Shown here: in pieces, positions 18,205 through 28,898 of the stretch
How the letters are laid out: every line of letters begins with the position of its first letter
Numbering within the stretch: the first letter of the stretch is position 1
Source of the DNA: a virus
Length of the DNA: 64,000 bases
Virus record (IMG/VR): IMGVR_UViG_3300000553_000005
Span: 64,001-128,000 of that record
Strand: one strand, 5' to 3'
Position numbers and translations under genes: made by a program
Notes under the pieces: model-generated
The model's database searches: none
What the model saw: only the letters and a program-made list of their open reading frames with translations
Told to the model about the DNA's origin: nothing

Positions 18205-18481
18205 AGATATTGCTGAATTGAATAAGAGGCTTTCCTCCTTGGCTAAGACCCAAGATGAAGCTAAGAAAATGTTAGCCGTAGAGGAACACAAGCTTGGAGA
18301 GCTTACTACCTCTTTGGAAGCTGAGGGTTATGATGTGGCAAATATGACAGAGGAACAGATCGCTGCCTTGGTTGTAGAATTAACTGATAAGTTTCATTCA
18401 ACTAAGGAAACGATTGAAGATAAACTTTCTGAAGTGGAAAAGCTATTCGCCAAGTTAGAAGAAATTAATCAGAAATCCTAA
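18191..18481 (+). CDS. small coiled-coil protein
   Basis: GGAG SD; heptad-rich; lies between SbcC and SbcD. Confidence 0.65.
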   Translation: MGMNEDIAELNKRLSSLAKTQDEAKKMLAVEEHKLGELTTSLEAEGYDVANMTEEQIAALVVELTDKFHSTKETIEDKLSEVEKLFAKLEEINQKS

Positions 18482-19491
18482 TGAAACCGAAAATTGTCAA
18501 ACTACCTTGGGAGAAAGTGACCTTTACTTGGATCACTGATATCCATCTATCTGCCATTCCTCCTGGTAAGCGTTCCCCTGATTACGAAGATCAGATGTTC
18601 AGCAAACTAGAATTTGTTAAAAATTTAACCACCAGTAGAGAAGCGGTGTGTTTGTGCGGTGGAGATATTTTTCATGTAAAGGGACCAAAAAGTTCTGCGA
18701 ATCCTCTTCGTATGATCAATCGACTCATTGGCTTAATTAAAACTTATCCTCTAGGCAAATGGTTTTCTTGTATTGGTAACCACGATATTCAATATGATCG
18801 AATGGACACAGTGACAAATCAACCTATCGGAGTGCTAATTGAATCTAATGTTCTCCATCCGATTAATTGGGAGCCTGTAATTTTTACCAATAAAAATGAA
18901 TCAGTTAAAGTTCTAGTGGAATCTTTTGACTATGCGGAGGGAGCAGAAACTTGTGCCGCTATTAAGGCGGCTGGGATGCGCCCAGAGGGTATCGATTATC
19001 GTATTGCTATAGTTCATGCCAGTGGAAGTCCAGGCGACTCTAGGGACAGTTTTGGTTCATGGATGATCGGCTACAATCAATTGAAGAACGAGGATTTTGA
19101 TCTCATCCTGTGGGGTCATGACCATTCTAGATTGGAAACTATGAGAGTCGGCAACGTCACCCATATTCATCTAGGAGCTTTGTCTAGAGCCGCTCTGACT
19201 GAAACTGAAATTACTCGTAAGATCACCGTCCCGATCTTAACCTTTACTCCAGAAAAAGCCAGTATCAAAGAGATAGATGTTCCTGTTCTCCCTGCTGAAC
19301 AAATTTTTAGGAAAGAGGATAAAGTCATTGAGAAAATTGATGAAGATAATGCCGAAGTTAAGAAATTTTTCAACGCTATGAACGATTCTGTGGATGGCAT
19401 TACCAGCGAGAATCCGATTGAAATCATTGAAGTTTTGTGTGAAAAAGACAGTAAGCTGTCTTCTCTTATAAAGGATTTGTGTGAATACTGA
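18481..19491 (+). CDS. SbcD/Mre11-like nuclease
   Basis: TDIH, GGDIF, GNHD, GHDH motifs. Confidence 0.88.
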   Translation: MKPKIVKLPWEKVTFTWITDIHLSAIPPGKRSPDYEDQMFSKLEFVKNLTTSREAVCLCGGDIFHVKGPKSSANPLRMINRLIGLIKTYPLGKWFSCIGNHDIQYDRMDTVTNQPIGVLIESNVLHPINWEPVIFTNKNESVKVLVESFDYAEGAETCAAIKAAGMRPEGIDYRIAIVHASGSPGDSRDSFGSWMIGYNQLKNEDFDLILWGHDHSRLETMRVGNVTHIHLGALSRAALTETEITRKITVPILTFTPEKASIKEIDVPVLPAEQIFRKEDKVIEKIDEDNAEVKKFFNAMNDSVDGITSENPIEIIEVLCEKDSKLSSLIKDLCEY

Positions 19492-20365
19492 TTCCGTTTA
19501 TTCCAGGGCGAGTAGCAATCTATTGACTTTGATCAATCATGTATGGATTTCTGAAGAAGCTATGGTAGATTGGACTAAATCTCATATTTTTATTGAGTTG
19601 GATCGAACTACTAGAGCTTTTCTTATGGTTGGTAAATTGATAGATACTTCTCTTGTTGACTCAGGAATGAATAGTGGGTCAATTATGCCTCACGATAGAC
19701 TTATGACAGTTCTGGCTCTTGCTCCCAAGCTTAATGATTTTAATATTATAACTCAATTGCTTTTAAATTTAAAGACAGGAACTCCAGGAGTTGATGATGC
19801 TAAAATGTATTCGGATTTAACAGCGGCGGAAGAAAAATATAAAGATTCTGAGGATTCTCCATTTTCTAAAAAAGCAAAATTCAAAACTGGAGAGAATGTA
19901 ACTGATTACAATAACACTCTTGCTCTCGCCAAGAACTACAAAATTCTTTCAAATATACAAAAAGGAGTTAATTCGTACCGCATAACCCCTATTGGAAAAA
20001 CTCCAGCTTTAGCCGACCTCAATAATTTATCCAACTTATCTATTAATTCTCTTCTCCCTTACTTGAAAGGTTCTGAGCTTTATTTATTTGATACAACGGC
20101 TGTGTTGTTACATATTAGAGCAAAAGAGACAACCGATGGGATAATCGCTGATGGTCTTCAGTATTATATTAAGAGTGAGAGTGGAGGGGATATTGTAAAA
20201 AAGGCAATTGCCTCTAGATATTTAACTTGGGAGATTTTAAAGGAAAAAGGTGTTATGAATATTGTTCCTCGTTATGAATCATTATTAGTAACTGGAATGT
20301 CAGATGGGCTAAAAAATCTTTTGGATATCGGATTATTGGTGAAACTAAATGGACCTGAAAAATGA
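19481..20365 (+). CDS. hypothetical protein
   Basis: Long ORF overlapping both neighbours. Confidence 0.7.
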   Translation: MNTDSVYSRASSNLLTLINHVWISEEAMVDWTKSHIFIELDRTTRAFLMVGKLIDTSLVDSGMNSGSIMPHDRLMTVLALAPKLNDFNIITQLLLNLKTGTPGVDDAKMYSDLTAAEEKYKDSEDSPFSKKAKFKTGENVTDYNNTLALAKNYKILSNIQKGVNSYRITPIGKTPALADLNNLSNLSINSLLPYLKGSELYLFDTTAVLLHIRAKETTDGIIADGLQYYIKSESGGDIVKKAIASRYLTWEILKEKGVMNIVPRYESLLVTGMSDGLKNLLDIGLLVKLNGPEK

Positions 20366-20615
20366 AGTTAAGGCTAAAATTCTTGCCAGAGATAACTCCT
20401 GGAAAGAATTTGTCAAAGAAAATGGCTCTGAGAAAATTAAAGACGCTTTCGTTGAATTAGTCGTTTCCTCCTTGAGAGAGGGTAAGTCCCCTATTTCTAA
20501 AGAAGTTCTAAAATCCATTATATTCGATGGAGCGACTATTACGGAAGCTGATATATTTATGAGATTAAAATAATTCACCTCACTTCTGCCAATATCCGGT
20601 ATAATATAGACAGAG

Positions 20616-21341
20616 GTGTATATGAACGAACTGATCAAACTCGCCAACGCCAAGCTTGATTCTGAAGAGAAGGCTTGTGCTAGGGAGCGAGAAGAAGTGC
20701 TTAAGGAACAAAGTATTATGGCCGAAGCCATGTATACAGATTACCAATCTACCTTAAGTTCTATTCTGACTGCTACTTTGAAAAATGAGCTTCAGTTAAA
20801 CAGAGTGTATCGTTCTGACCAAGCTCCAGATGAATGTCCTTATATGGATTGGAGATTGAAAAATGAAATTATCCCAGGTTCTTTAGTTTGTTTTGGAGAA
20901 TTTAAGTATGAAAGAGAAGCCGATGGGAAGATTTATGTATTTCCAGTGAGGCTTATTCTGACTAAAGAATATGGGGACTTTAAAATTCTTTTCTGGCTCT
21001 ACAATTCCTATACAGGTGTGCGAAGAGAAGAATTAAATATAAAAAATAATTTGGAAGAGCAAATCGGTCTGATTCTTTTGGAACGGGCGGGGTGTGTTAA
21101 TAATCAATTTATTAAAAATCCTGGAACTCCTTTTAGAACAACTGTTGAGTTCCTTGCTTGGGCTTGTTGGACCGCTATGTTGGTTGGTGCAAGCATGGCT
21201 TTCTACGCTGTTTGGGGAAGGAATATAATAGAGAATACGTTGAATACCGGGAAGATTATCGCTGAGTACGGATTTTTTGGGAATTTGGTAGTCCTCCCTC
21301 TCAGTGTCATTGCATCTCTCATTGAACGAAAAAAGGAGTAA
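20616..21341 (+). CDS. hypothetical membrane protein
   Basis: Early-type promoter and GAGG SD; two C-terminal hydrophobic helices. Confidence 0.7.
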   Translation: MYMNELIKLANAKLDSEEKACAREREEVLKEQSIMAEAMYTDYQSTLSSILTATLKNELQLNRVYRSDQAPDECPYMDWRLKNEIIPGSLVCFGEFKYEREADGKIYVFPVRLILTKEYGDFKILFWLYNSYTGVRREELNIKNNLEEQIGLILLERAGCVNNQFIKNPGTPFRTTVEFLAWACWTAMLVGASMAFYAVWGRNIIENTLNTGKIIAEYGFFGNLVVLPLSVIASLIERKKE

Positions 21342-21598
21342 ATATATGAAAAGCTGCCTGTTGTCTATCCTTTATACTTTTCTAGCTATGTTCCTGCTAG
21401 TTGATTTGGCCCTAGCTATTAAGATAGGTCTGACTGAAGGATGGAAGGCTGGTATTCTAATCGGTATACCAGCCTATATTGGACTCAGCCTCACTGCCCC
21501 TTTTATTCTTTTGTTTGCCATTCTTATTCCATTGATGCTTTTAAACAAAATAGAAGAAAAGATCAAACGAAGTAAGAAATATCAATACTAGGAGTCTC

Positions 21599-22030
21599 AT
21601 GAAAAAATTTAAGAAGCCTAAGCCAGTAAAGAAAATCCGTAGGTCAGGACGTTGGATCAAGTGGAATAATAAACTTGATCAGTATGGCATTTTGATTGAA
21701 TTGGCTGATGTGTCTCACCTCAGTAAGAGAGCTTTTTCCACAGGCTATCTCTCTCCAAAAGTCCTTAAAAAATGGCGGAATAAGAGCAAGAAAAGGCTGG
21801 ATTCTGGCTATTGTAAACGTCCCAATAAATGTGTTTGGTTACCCGCGACTATTTTTAAGAAAGAGATTTTTAGTAAATATTCCCCTCCTAAATTTTGGTG
21901 GAGATGTCTGAAATGTGGTTGTGTTACTAATTATGTATGGGAACACGAACTATCTGAGCCTATGCTCAATGCTTATCGAAAACACACTAGAGTTTTTGGT
22001 GAAGAGGCAGAGGAACTCATTGAGGAATGA
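21599..22030 (+). CDS. basic hypothetical protein
   Basis: AGGAG SD; Cys motif. Confidence 0.6.
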   Translation: MKKFKKPKPVKKIRRSGRWIKWNNKLDQYGILIELADVSHLSKRAFSTGYLSPKVLKKWRNKSKKRLDSGYCKRPNKCVWLPATIFKKEIFSKYSPPKFWWRCLKCGCVTNYVWEHELSEPMLNAYRKHTRVFGEEAEELIEE

Positions 22031-22061
22031 GTATTAGATATATAGGTTCTAAGGAGATTAC

Positions 22062-22181
22062 ATGAAGGCGATTTGGGAGTTTGTTATCAGTGGGTTGACT
22101 CTCATTGGGGGCGCAATCTTAGCTGGTGCTATTGTTCATACAGTAGTTAAATGTTTTATGCTCGGATGGGGTATTTTATGA
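22062..22181 (+). CDS. 39-aa hydrophobic peptide translationally coupled to ligA
   Basis: AGGAG SD; ATGA overlap with the ligase start. Confidence 0.55.
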   Translation: MKAIWEFVISGLTLIGGAILAGAIVHTVVKCFMLGWGIL

Positions 22182-24331
22182 AAACTACAGAGAAAGTTGG
22201 AAAAGAATTAATCATTCAAATTAATAATGAGTTAATTGCAGCAAGACATAGCTATTATGCTGACGCTAACCCGATCATGGCCGATGTGGAATATGATTCT
22301 TTAGAGAAGCAGCTTCGCGGGATGGTTACTGCTATGCCTGAGTTTGTCACTCTAGCTACAGTGCTGACCTCTGTAGGATCTGATTTAACTAATGAGTCCG
22401 GTCGCATGAAGCACATCTCCCCAATGCTATCTTTGGAAAATCTTTACTCATTTGATGATGTTAAACTATGGTGCGCTCAGTTTCCAGAAGGGACAGCTTT
22501 TGTTGTAGAGCCAAAGATTGATGGTGCCTCCCTGTCTTGCCATTACATTAATCGCCAATTGGTTAAGGCAGTTACTCGCGGTGATGGTCAATATGGAGAA
22601 GATGTTACTAAAGTTATGTTGGCCTCTGGAGCCATCCCCGCTACCCTCCCCCAAGAATTCTATCCTGAATCTTTAGTGGAAGTTAGAGGGGAGGTCTTTA
22701 TGTCTCAAGCTCAATTTGAAAAGATTAATGCTTCGTCAGAAAAGAAATTTGCCTCCCCTCGTAATTTGGCCGCTGGTACTATGAAACTCCAAGATCTTGA
22801 ACTAGTTAAGTCTAGAGGGTTACAATTTTATCCTTGGCAAGTGGAGGGTATTTCCGATGAATTTTTGACCAAGAAAAATTTATCGGGAGATTTTGCACAC
22901 CATTCTATTGAGTATTTTTGTCTAACTTCAGGGACTTTCCCTAAACCTTTTGACGCTACTTTCTATACTGCTGACACTTTGATTACAGCGATTGATGGCT
23001 ATCTTAAAACTTATCGGGATACAGTTCTTCACAAAGGTTGCGGAATTGGGACAGATGGTTATGTGATTAAGCTAGCTTCCGTAAAACTTCGTAAGGAAGC
23101 TGGTCTAAAGACAACTACCCCTCGTTGGGCCTTTGCTTGGAAATATCCTTCTCAATTAGTGGAAACTACTTTGGAGGCGGTGACTTGGTATGTTGGTCGC
23201 TCTGGAGGGTTAACCCCTGTTGCTTCGGTAACTCCCGTTAATGTTTCGGGAGCTACGGTTAGTAAGATTAATTTGAATAATTTTTCATGGATTACTCAAA
23301 AGGGGGTAAAGATTGGAGATAAGGTTGCCATCTCGCGTGGTGGTGAGGTTATTCCTTATCTTAATGAAGTTGTAGCTACTTATCAAACTTCAATTCCTAT
23401 TTTAGAGCCGACTTCTTGCCCTGCTTGTGGGGAAAACATTACAGTGGAAGCAGATGTTAAATCGGGTATTCTAACTCATTCTTGCACTAATGATAAATGT
23501 CCAGGTCGCCTCGCTGCTTACTTAGAATATGTAGCGGGTAGAGATATGTTGGAGATAGACGAACTTGGTCCTGAAACTATCACCCAATTGATTAAAGATG
23601 GTTACATTACCAGTCTTCCTGATTTATTCGATTTTTCTAATAGGACTTTAGAAGGAATTCAAGCTAAGGGCGAAGAAATAATTTTGAATAGACTTACAAG
23701 AATGGGTTACTCAGGAGTCCTACTTATTAAAATGTGCAAATCTCTAGAAAAAGTTAAGACTAGAGATTGGGATCGTTGGCTAGCTGCATTAGGTATTCCA
23801 GGAATTGCTAAATCTCTCTCTAAGTTGCTCTCTACCCACTTCAGACTCGGAGAGAAGGACATGGATATTCTTCCTTCCATTCTTTCAAAAGGAGATTACT
23901 CTTTGATTGAAGGAATTGGAGATAAGAAAGAAGCTGAGATTCGTAAAGCACTTCCTCGTATTACAGAAACTTGCAAAGCTCTTTATGAATATGGAGTTCG
24001 TCCTAAATCTATTTTAGCACCACAGGCTGATCCATCTAAGTTGCTCCCTCTTGCTGGCTATGCTATATGCATTACAGGAGAGTTCCCTACTGAACGAGAT
24101 CCTCTTTCCAAGATGCTCACTTCTTTAGGCGCACAGATGAAGAGTGGGGTTAGTAAAAAACTTACTCATTTGTTAGTTGGAGAGGGAGCGGGGCAATCAA
24201 AATTAGCTAAGGCCAGAGAGTTGAATATACCACTTCTTCATCAAGATTGGCTGGAAAAAATATTGACTGCTAATGGTATGGTTATGGAAAAAACCGAAGG
24301 GAAGTTTGAAACAGAATGGGATGATTTATAA
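22178..24331 (+). CDS. ligA: NAD-dependent DNA ligase
   Basis: PMLSL, EPKIDG, TRGDG, EVRGE, PRNLAAG, C4 Zn finger, HhH and C-terminal BRCT. Confidence 0.96.
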   Translation: MKTTEKVGKELIIQINNELIAARHSYYADANPIMADVEYDSLEKQLRGMVTAMPEFVTLATVLTSVGSDLTNESGRMKHISPMLSLENLYSFDDVKLWCAQFPEGTAFVVEPKIDGASLSCHYINRQLVKAVTRGDGQYGEDVTKVMLASGAIPATLPQEFYPESLVEVRGEVFMSQAQFEKINASSEKKFASPRNLAAGTMKLQDLELVKSRGLQFYPWQVEGISDEFLTKKNLSGDFAHHSIEYFCLTSGTFPKPFDATFYTADTLITAIDGYLKTYRDTVLHKGCGIGTDGYVIKLASVKLRKEAGLKTTTPRWAFAWKYPSQLVETTLEAVTWYVGRSGGLTPVASVTPVNVSGATVSKINLNNFSWITQKGVKIGDKVAISRGGEVIPYLNEVVATYQTSIPILEPTSCPACGENITVEADVKSGILTHSCTNDKCPGRLAAYLEYVAGRDMLEIDELGPETITQLIKDGYITSLPDLFDFSNRTLEGIQAKGEEIILNRLTRMGYSGVLLIKMCKSLEKVKTRDWDRWLAALGIPGIAKSLSKLLSTHFRLGEKDMDILPSILSKGDYSLIEGIGDKKEAEIRKALPRITETCKALYEYGVRPKSILAPQADPSKLLPLAGYAICITGEFPTERDPLSKMLTSLGAQMKSGVSKKLTHLLVGEGAGQSKLAKARELNIPLLHQDWLEKILTANGMVMEKTEGKFETEWDDL

Positions 24332-24792
24332 TTTTAACAGTAATAACATTTATAGGAGGCCAATGATGGCACTTACGGAAGAAATGAAGCAACGCCTTAA
24401 AAATAACATTCTTTTTAGGGATGACAAGGAAGCGGTGGGGGCCATTACGCTACTTGTCAAAAATGAGCCAAATAAAGAAGCCGCAGAGGAATTAGTTTTG
24501 GCTCTTGAAGATTTACTTAAGGAATTATAATATGGCGACATTACATTTAGCTCAATCTGCCTCGACTTCTCTCAGAGGATGGTTCTGCCCAAAAGGCACT
24601 GTGGGTGTTAGAGCCGAACATATTACTTCTGTAAAGGTTGCTCCAACTTCTGCTCATTTTATTCTTACGGTTGAATCATTAGGAGGAAAACAAGAATTTC
24701 GTTTTACGACTTTAGAACTCTTGAATGAAGCCCTTTCCCTTCTTCACCTAGAAATGACGGATTTGGATTAAGGATAACTCAGGAGTCTACAA

Positions 24793-25323
24793 ATGGCTGT
24801 TACTATTACGTCTTTTACTGCTGGCTCATCTAGCATATCTATTGGTTCTTCTACCACTATTACTCCAGTTTTTTCAGGCGGTGTTGGTTGTATTTTGATT
24901 GGAGTCACTGGATCTCGTCAAGTTCAGCAAACTCTACCTGTTTCCAGCGGGGAAGTTATCTCTATTACTCCAACAATTTCAACCACTTATGTCTTGACTG
25001 TCACAGATCCTGATGGGTCAGGAACTCTAACTGCTTCCCTTCCTATAACTGTAGTGATCCCAACTGCTAGGAAATTAAGTGTAACTACTGGCTCTGGCGT
25101 TGTTGATTCAGGCTCCAGCACTTATTTCTGTAATGGCCCTGTTTTCTCAATTAATGTTTCAGTTGATCCAGCGTCCTTAGCTAATAATATTGCTCAAGTT
25201 AATGAGAGTACAATTAGATACCAAATAATTTTTAACAATAATTTAGCCGATGGCCCTATATACATTGTAGGTATAACTAATTTGAACTTGGTTCTCGCTA
25301 CTTTTGGGTTAACTTGGTCCTAA
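24793..25323 (+). CDS. Ser/Thr-rich beta-sandwich (Ig-like) protein, possibly virion-associated
   Basis: ITSFTA..ISIG.S.T and TTYVLTVT..G patterns. Confidence 0.5.
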   Translation: MAVTITSFTAGSSSISIGSSTTITPVFSGGVGCILIGVTGSRQVQQTLPVSSGEVISITPTISTTYVLTVTDPDGSGTLTASLPITVVIPTARKLSVTTGSGVVDSGSSTYFCNGPVFSINVSVDPASLANNIAQVNESTIRYQIIFNNNLADGPIYIVGITNLNLVLATFGLTWS

Positions 25324-25430
25324 GTTCTTTCTTTTCATACTCCTTAAAATTAATAAATTTAAGGTAGGAGTAATTCTAGTTTAAATTTGTCCATTTTACG
25401 AGTAATAAAGATTAAAGGAGTTAAATTAAG

Positions 25431-26657
25431 ATGAGTTCTATCGAAATTAGAAATTTTTTAGGCTTACACGATAGCGAAAAACGTATTTATTATATTGATA
25501 GCACCCACGTTTCTCAAGAAGAATTTGAGTTTTGTGTGGTGCTTCATAATATTCTATGGGGTGATAAGGGAATGGTTCAAACTCTTGGTCCCACATGGAA
25601 TATGATTATGGACCCACGTTTTGAAACTCTTGAAAATTATTTTATTGAAAATAGGCAAGCAGTTTTTGGAGGGGATGCCAGATTAGGCAAACAATACATT
25701 GACGGATCTTCTATTCTTAGTTCCTCTATGTCAGAACTAGAGACTTATTCTGAAATTTTAGGGGAAGGTCGCTATTTTCATGGAATTGTCTCTGATGCTG
25801 GATTAGACCCAAAAAGCTTTAAAGACCAATCGGAAGAAGTTATTTGGAAGTTCATTCGTCAAGAATGTCCTAATTATTTTGATAATAAAGAAGGGCTACC
25901 TAATAAGAGAGCGCAACGACTGTTTTATCTTTTCAAAGCAGATCTTCTTGGATTAATCGATGATTTTGCCGAAATAGCTTTGGTTCAAGAGTGGATACAC
26001 CTTGAAACAGGGGAAAAAGCCGATCCTACTAATATGACAAATATTGAAACTGCCCCTATTGTTTATGCTGAAGTTGATATGCTAGAAAGAGCCTTAACTT
26101 TCCGCTCTTCATTGAAAGTGACTGCGGCTAAAATTTTAGAAAAGACTGGATTAAAAGATCAATTAGAAAGAAATTATCAATTGACTGATTGGGAGGTTGA
26201 CCATATCCTTAAACTCCTTTATTCAACACCTTTTGATAAACTCTATACCGCAACAACAAGTATAATGAATTATGCGAGACAGCAATGTCAGATTCCTTTT
26301 GAAAAGAGATTAGAGAAAGAGCTTAATATTCTCTCTACAGCATCTAAGGCTACTATTTCACTTTTAAAAGATGGCTCTCTATTACCCTTAACAGTAACAG
26401 AAGAAGAAGAAGTTGACAGAGAACTCACCATAGAAGAAAAACAAATTGTAGCTTTAAAGCGCAACCCATTTCGTCTAGAATTATTTACTATCTATGTGGA
26501 AGCTGAACAGCATAACGATCAAGCCACCATGGAACTTATCCAACCTTATTTGGATGATCTTGACAATGAAATAACCGAAGAAATAGTAGTTCGTATAAAA
26601 AATGCTACTCGTTTTAATCGCACCGGCTCTATTGCTAGAGATATCCTGAATACCTGA
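25431..26657 (+). CDS. hypothetical protein
   Basis: 408-aa ORF with AGTAATAA motif and AGGAG SD. Confidence 0.75.
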   Translation: MSSIEIRNFLGLHDSEKRIYYIDSTHVSQEEFEFCVVLHNILWGDKGMVQTLGPTWNMIMDPRFETLENYFIENRQAVFGGDARLGKQYIDGSSILSSSMSELETYSEILGEGRYFHGIVSDAGLDPKSFKDQSEEVIWKFIRQECPNYFDNKEGLPNKRAQRLFYLFKADLLGLIDDFAEIALVQEWIHLETGEKADPTNMTNIETAPIVYAEVDMLERALTFRSSLKVTAAKILEKTGLKDQLERNYQLTDWEVDHILKLLYSTPFDKLYTATTSIMNYARQQCQIPFEKRLEKELNILSTASKATISLLKDGSLLPLTVTEEEEVDRELTIEEKQIVALKRNPFRLELFTIYVEAEQHNDQATMELIQPYLDDLDNEITEEIVVRIKNATRFNRTGSIARDILNT

Positions 26658-26687
26658 AATTTTTTTTAAAAAAGGAAGGAATGCCTT

Positions 26688-27071
26688 ATGACAAATATAT
26701 TTACTTTTGGATCTAACGAGATAGGACGCCACGGAGCGGGTGCCGCTAAGTATGCTGTGGACCATCATGGTGCTATTTTTGGGAAGGGAAACGGGATGCA
26801 AGGCTCTAGTTATGGTATCCCAACTAAAGATGGGAATCTAAAACCCCTTCCTCTCAATTCTATTAAAGAGTATGTTAGGCAGTTTATTCAATTTGCCCGA
26901 AGAAGTCAAAATCTTACATTTGATGTAACTAGAATCGGGTGTGGACTTGCGGGTTACACTGATGAACAAATAGCCCCGATGTTCCTCAATGCACCTAAAA
27001 ATTGCCACTTTCCCCTGGAGTGGAAGTCAATTTTGGGTGAGGATTTTCAGTATCATGAATTAAGAGGGTAA
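26688..27071 (+). CDS. macro-domain-like phage protein (A1S_2505-like)
   Basis: IFTFGSN..GRHGAGAA, SYGIPTK, VTRIGCGLAG. Confidence 0.8.
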   Translation: MTNIFTFGSNEIGRHGAGAAKYAVDHHGAIFGKGNGMQGSSYGIPTKDGNLKPLPLNSIKEYVRQFIQFARRSQNLTFDVTRIGCGLAGYTDEQIAPMFLNAPKNCHFPLEWKSILGEDFQYHELRG

Positions 27072-27144
27072 AGTCATATCTTCACTTTTTGACTTTTAAG
27101 TTCTTATGTGGGCGTAGGTGTGCCCACTTTCACCGGGAGTGTAG

Positions 27145-28290
27145 ATGACAGATCCTAAGGAAAAGAAGTTAGCCATGAGCGAAGTGGCGTTATTATCAGA
27201 AAAAGCCAAGAAGTATGACCCCTTGGCTACGGAAGCAGAGGTAGTAGCAGATATTCGCAGAGTGCAGGAAGATTACCCGACTAAGCATATTACTCGTAAT
27301 TTCTATCGTATTTATGGTAAGTACTCTGATGGCACTTGGAACAAATATTTTGGTACATGGTTAGAGGCGAGAAGGCAAGCAGGGCTGGAACTCAATCGCT
27401 TCCAGCATGGAGTTGAACGTGATGTGGCTAAACATGCCCATCTAGATTTATATCGTCAATTTCAAAAAGATGAAATTGATCCTTGGGTTGGTAACTATAC
27501 GCTTCCCCCCGAAAACGGGGAGCGTTTTAAGAAAATCTTAATTTGCTCAGACCTTCATGATAAGCAGCTAGATCCCTTCTGTTGGTCAGTTTTTCTTGAT
27601 ACCGCCGCCAGAGTCCAGCCAGATGTTATTGTTTTAGCAGGGGATGTTTATGATGAGGCAGAGTTCTCCAGATTTGATCAAGATCCTCGTCAATATAGCA
27701 TCAAGGAAGCCTCTGATTTTGTTAAAGAAAAGATTTTTAAGCCCTTGAGAGAAGTTTGCCCAACTACTCAAATTGACTTTATTATTGGCAACCATGATCT
27801 CCGCATCCTTAAATATCTAGCTAATAAATGTGCTAATATGAGGGTATTGCTATCTGATGTTATGGATCTTACTCTAGAAGATCTCCTTGGGTTGAAGGAA
27901 TTCAACATCAAGCTAGTTTCTAGATTTGATCTAAGTGCCTTTACCCCTGCTGAAAAGAGGTCTGAGATCAAGACCAACTATAAAATTTACTACAATTCAC
28001 TAGTAGTAGACCACCATGGCCTCCAAACTTTTGGCCTCTCAGTTTGCTACGGGCATACTCACAGGACTAAGATGGACTCCAGTGCCAATCTAATCGTTGG
28101 CCCCATTCATGCGGTGAATATGGGTTGCATGGCAAAGATTGACTTTGAGTATCAAGAACGTATGAACAAGTCTCACCAATCTTTCTGTCTTTGGCATATT
28201 GATACTAAAACCAAACAATGCCAACCCGAACATTTCATTTTCACTGATGAAATGATCTGTGTGGCAGGTAAATTCTATACTAGAGGCTGA
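27145..28290 (+). CDS. calcineurin-like metallophosphoesterase with N-terminal DNA-binding-type repeat
   Basis: SDLH, AGD, GNHD, GHTH; N-terminal FGTWLEARRQAGL. Confidence 0.8.
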   Translation: MTDPKEKKLAMSEVALLSEKAKKYDPLATEAEVVADIRRVQEDYPTKHITRNFYRIYGKYSDGTWNKYFGTWLEARRQAGLELNRFQHGVERDVAKHAHLDLYRQFQKDEIDPWVGNYTLPPENGERFKKILICSDLHDKQLDPFCWSVFLDTAARVQPDVIVLAGDVYDEAEFSRFDQDPRQYSIKEASDFVKEKIFKPLREVCPTTQIDFIIGNHDLRILKYLANKCANMRVLLSDVMDLTLEDLLGLKEFNIKLVSRFDLSAFTPAEKRSEIKTNYKIYYNSLVVDHHGLQTFGLSVCYGHTHRTKMDSSANLIVGPIHAVNMGCMAKIDFEYQERMNKSHQSFCLWHIDTKTKQCQPEHFIFTDEMICVAGKFYTRG

Positions 28291-28291
28291 C

Positions 28292-28840
28292 ATGACTTGC
28301 GTTGTAGGAATAGCTCTTAATGGTAAAATATATATGGGGGCAGATTCTTGCTCCTCTGATGTGTCTGAAAAATATGGAAGAAAAGATGCTAAAGTGTTTG
28401 AATCCCATGATATGCTTTTAGGGTATAGCGGCTCATGGAGATTTGGTAACCTTTTTCGTTTTAAATTTGATCCTCCCGCTCAAAGATCTGACAAAGAAGA
28501 TTTTGAGTTTTTAGTCACAGATTGGGTGGATGCTCTCAGAACTGTATGTAAGAGTGAGGGGTACACTAAAATAGAAGATAATGAAGAATCTTTCGATGGA
28601 AGTGCTTTAATCGGCTATAAAGGTAAGCTGTACGTTTTAGAGGGCGATTGGAATATTGGAGAACCCAATATGGACTACGCTGCTATTGGTTCCGGTTCCG
28701 CTGTGGCATTAGGGGCCTTATATGCTTCTGTTAAAGCATCAAAGTCTATGACTCCCAAGGCTAGAATCGAAGCCGCTCTTGAAGCCGCCTCAGAATATGC
28801 TGTAGGAGTAGCCCCTCCTTTTGTTTTTTTAAGCAAGTGA
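28292..28840 (+). CDS. HslV/proteasome-beta-like Ntn hydrolase
   Basis: M-T-C N-terminal Thr, MGADS, AIGSGS..ALGAL. Confidence 0.85.
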   Translation: MTCVVGIALNGKIYMGADSCSSDVSEKYGRKDAKVFESHDMLLGYSGSWRFGNLFRFKFDPPAQRSDKEDFEFLVTDWVDALRTVCKSEGYTKIEDNEESFDGSALIGYKGKLYVLEGDWNIGEPNMDYAAIGSGSAVALGALYASVKASKSMTPKARIEAALEAASEYAVGVAPPFVFLSK

Positions 28841-28898
28841 AAATAGTTTACTACAAACTCCTTCATTTTCGGTATAATACCTATGAGGGAGTTTATAT

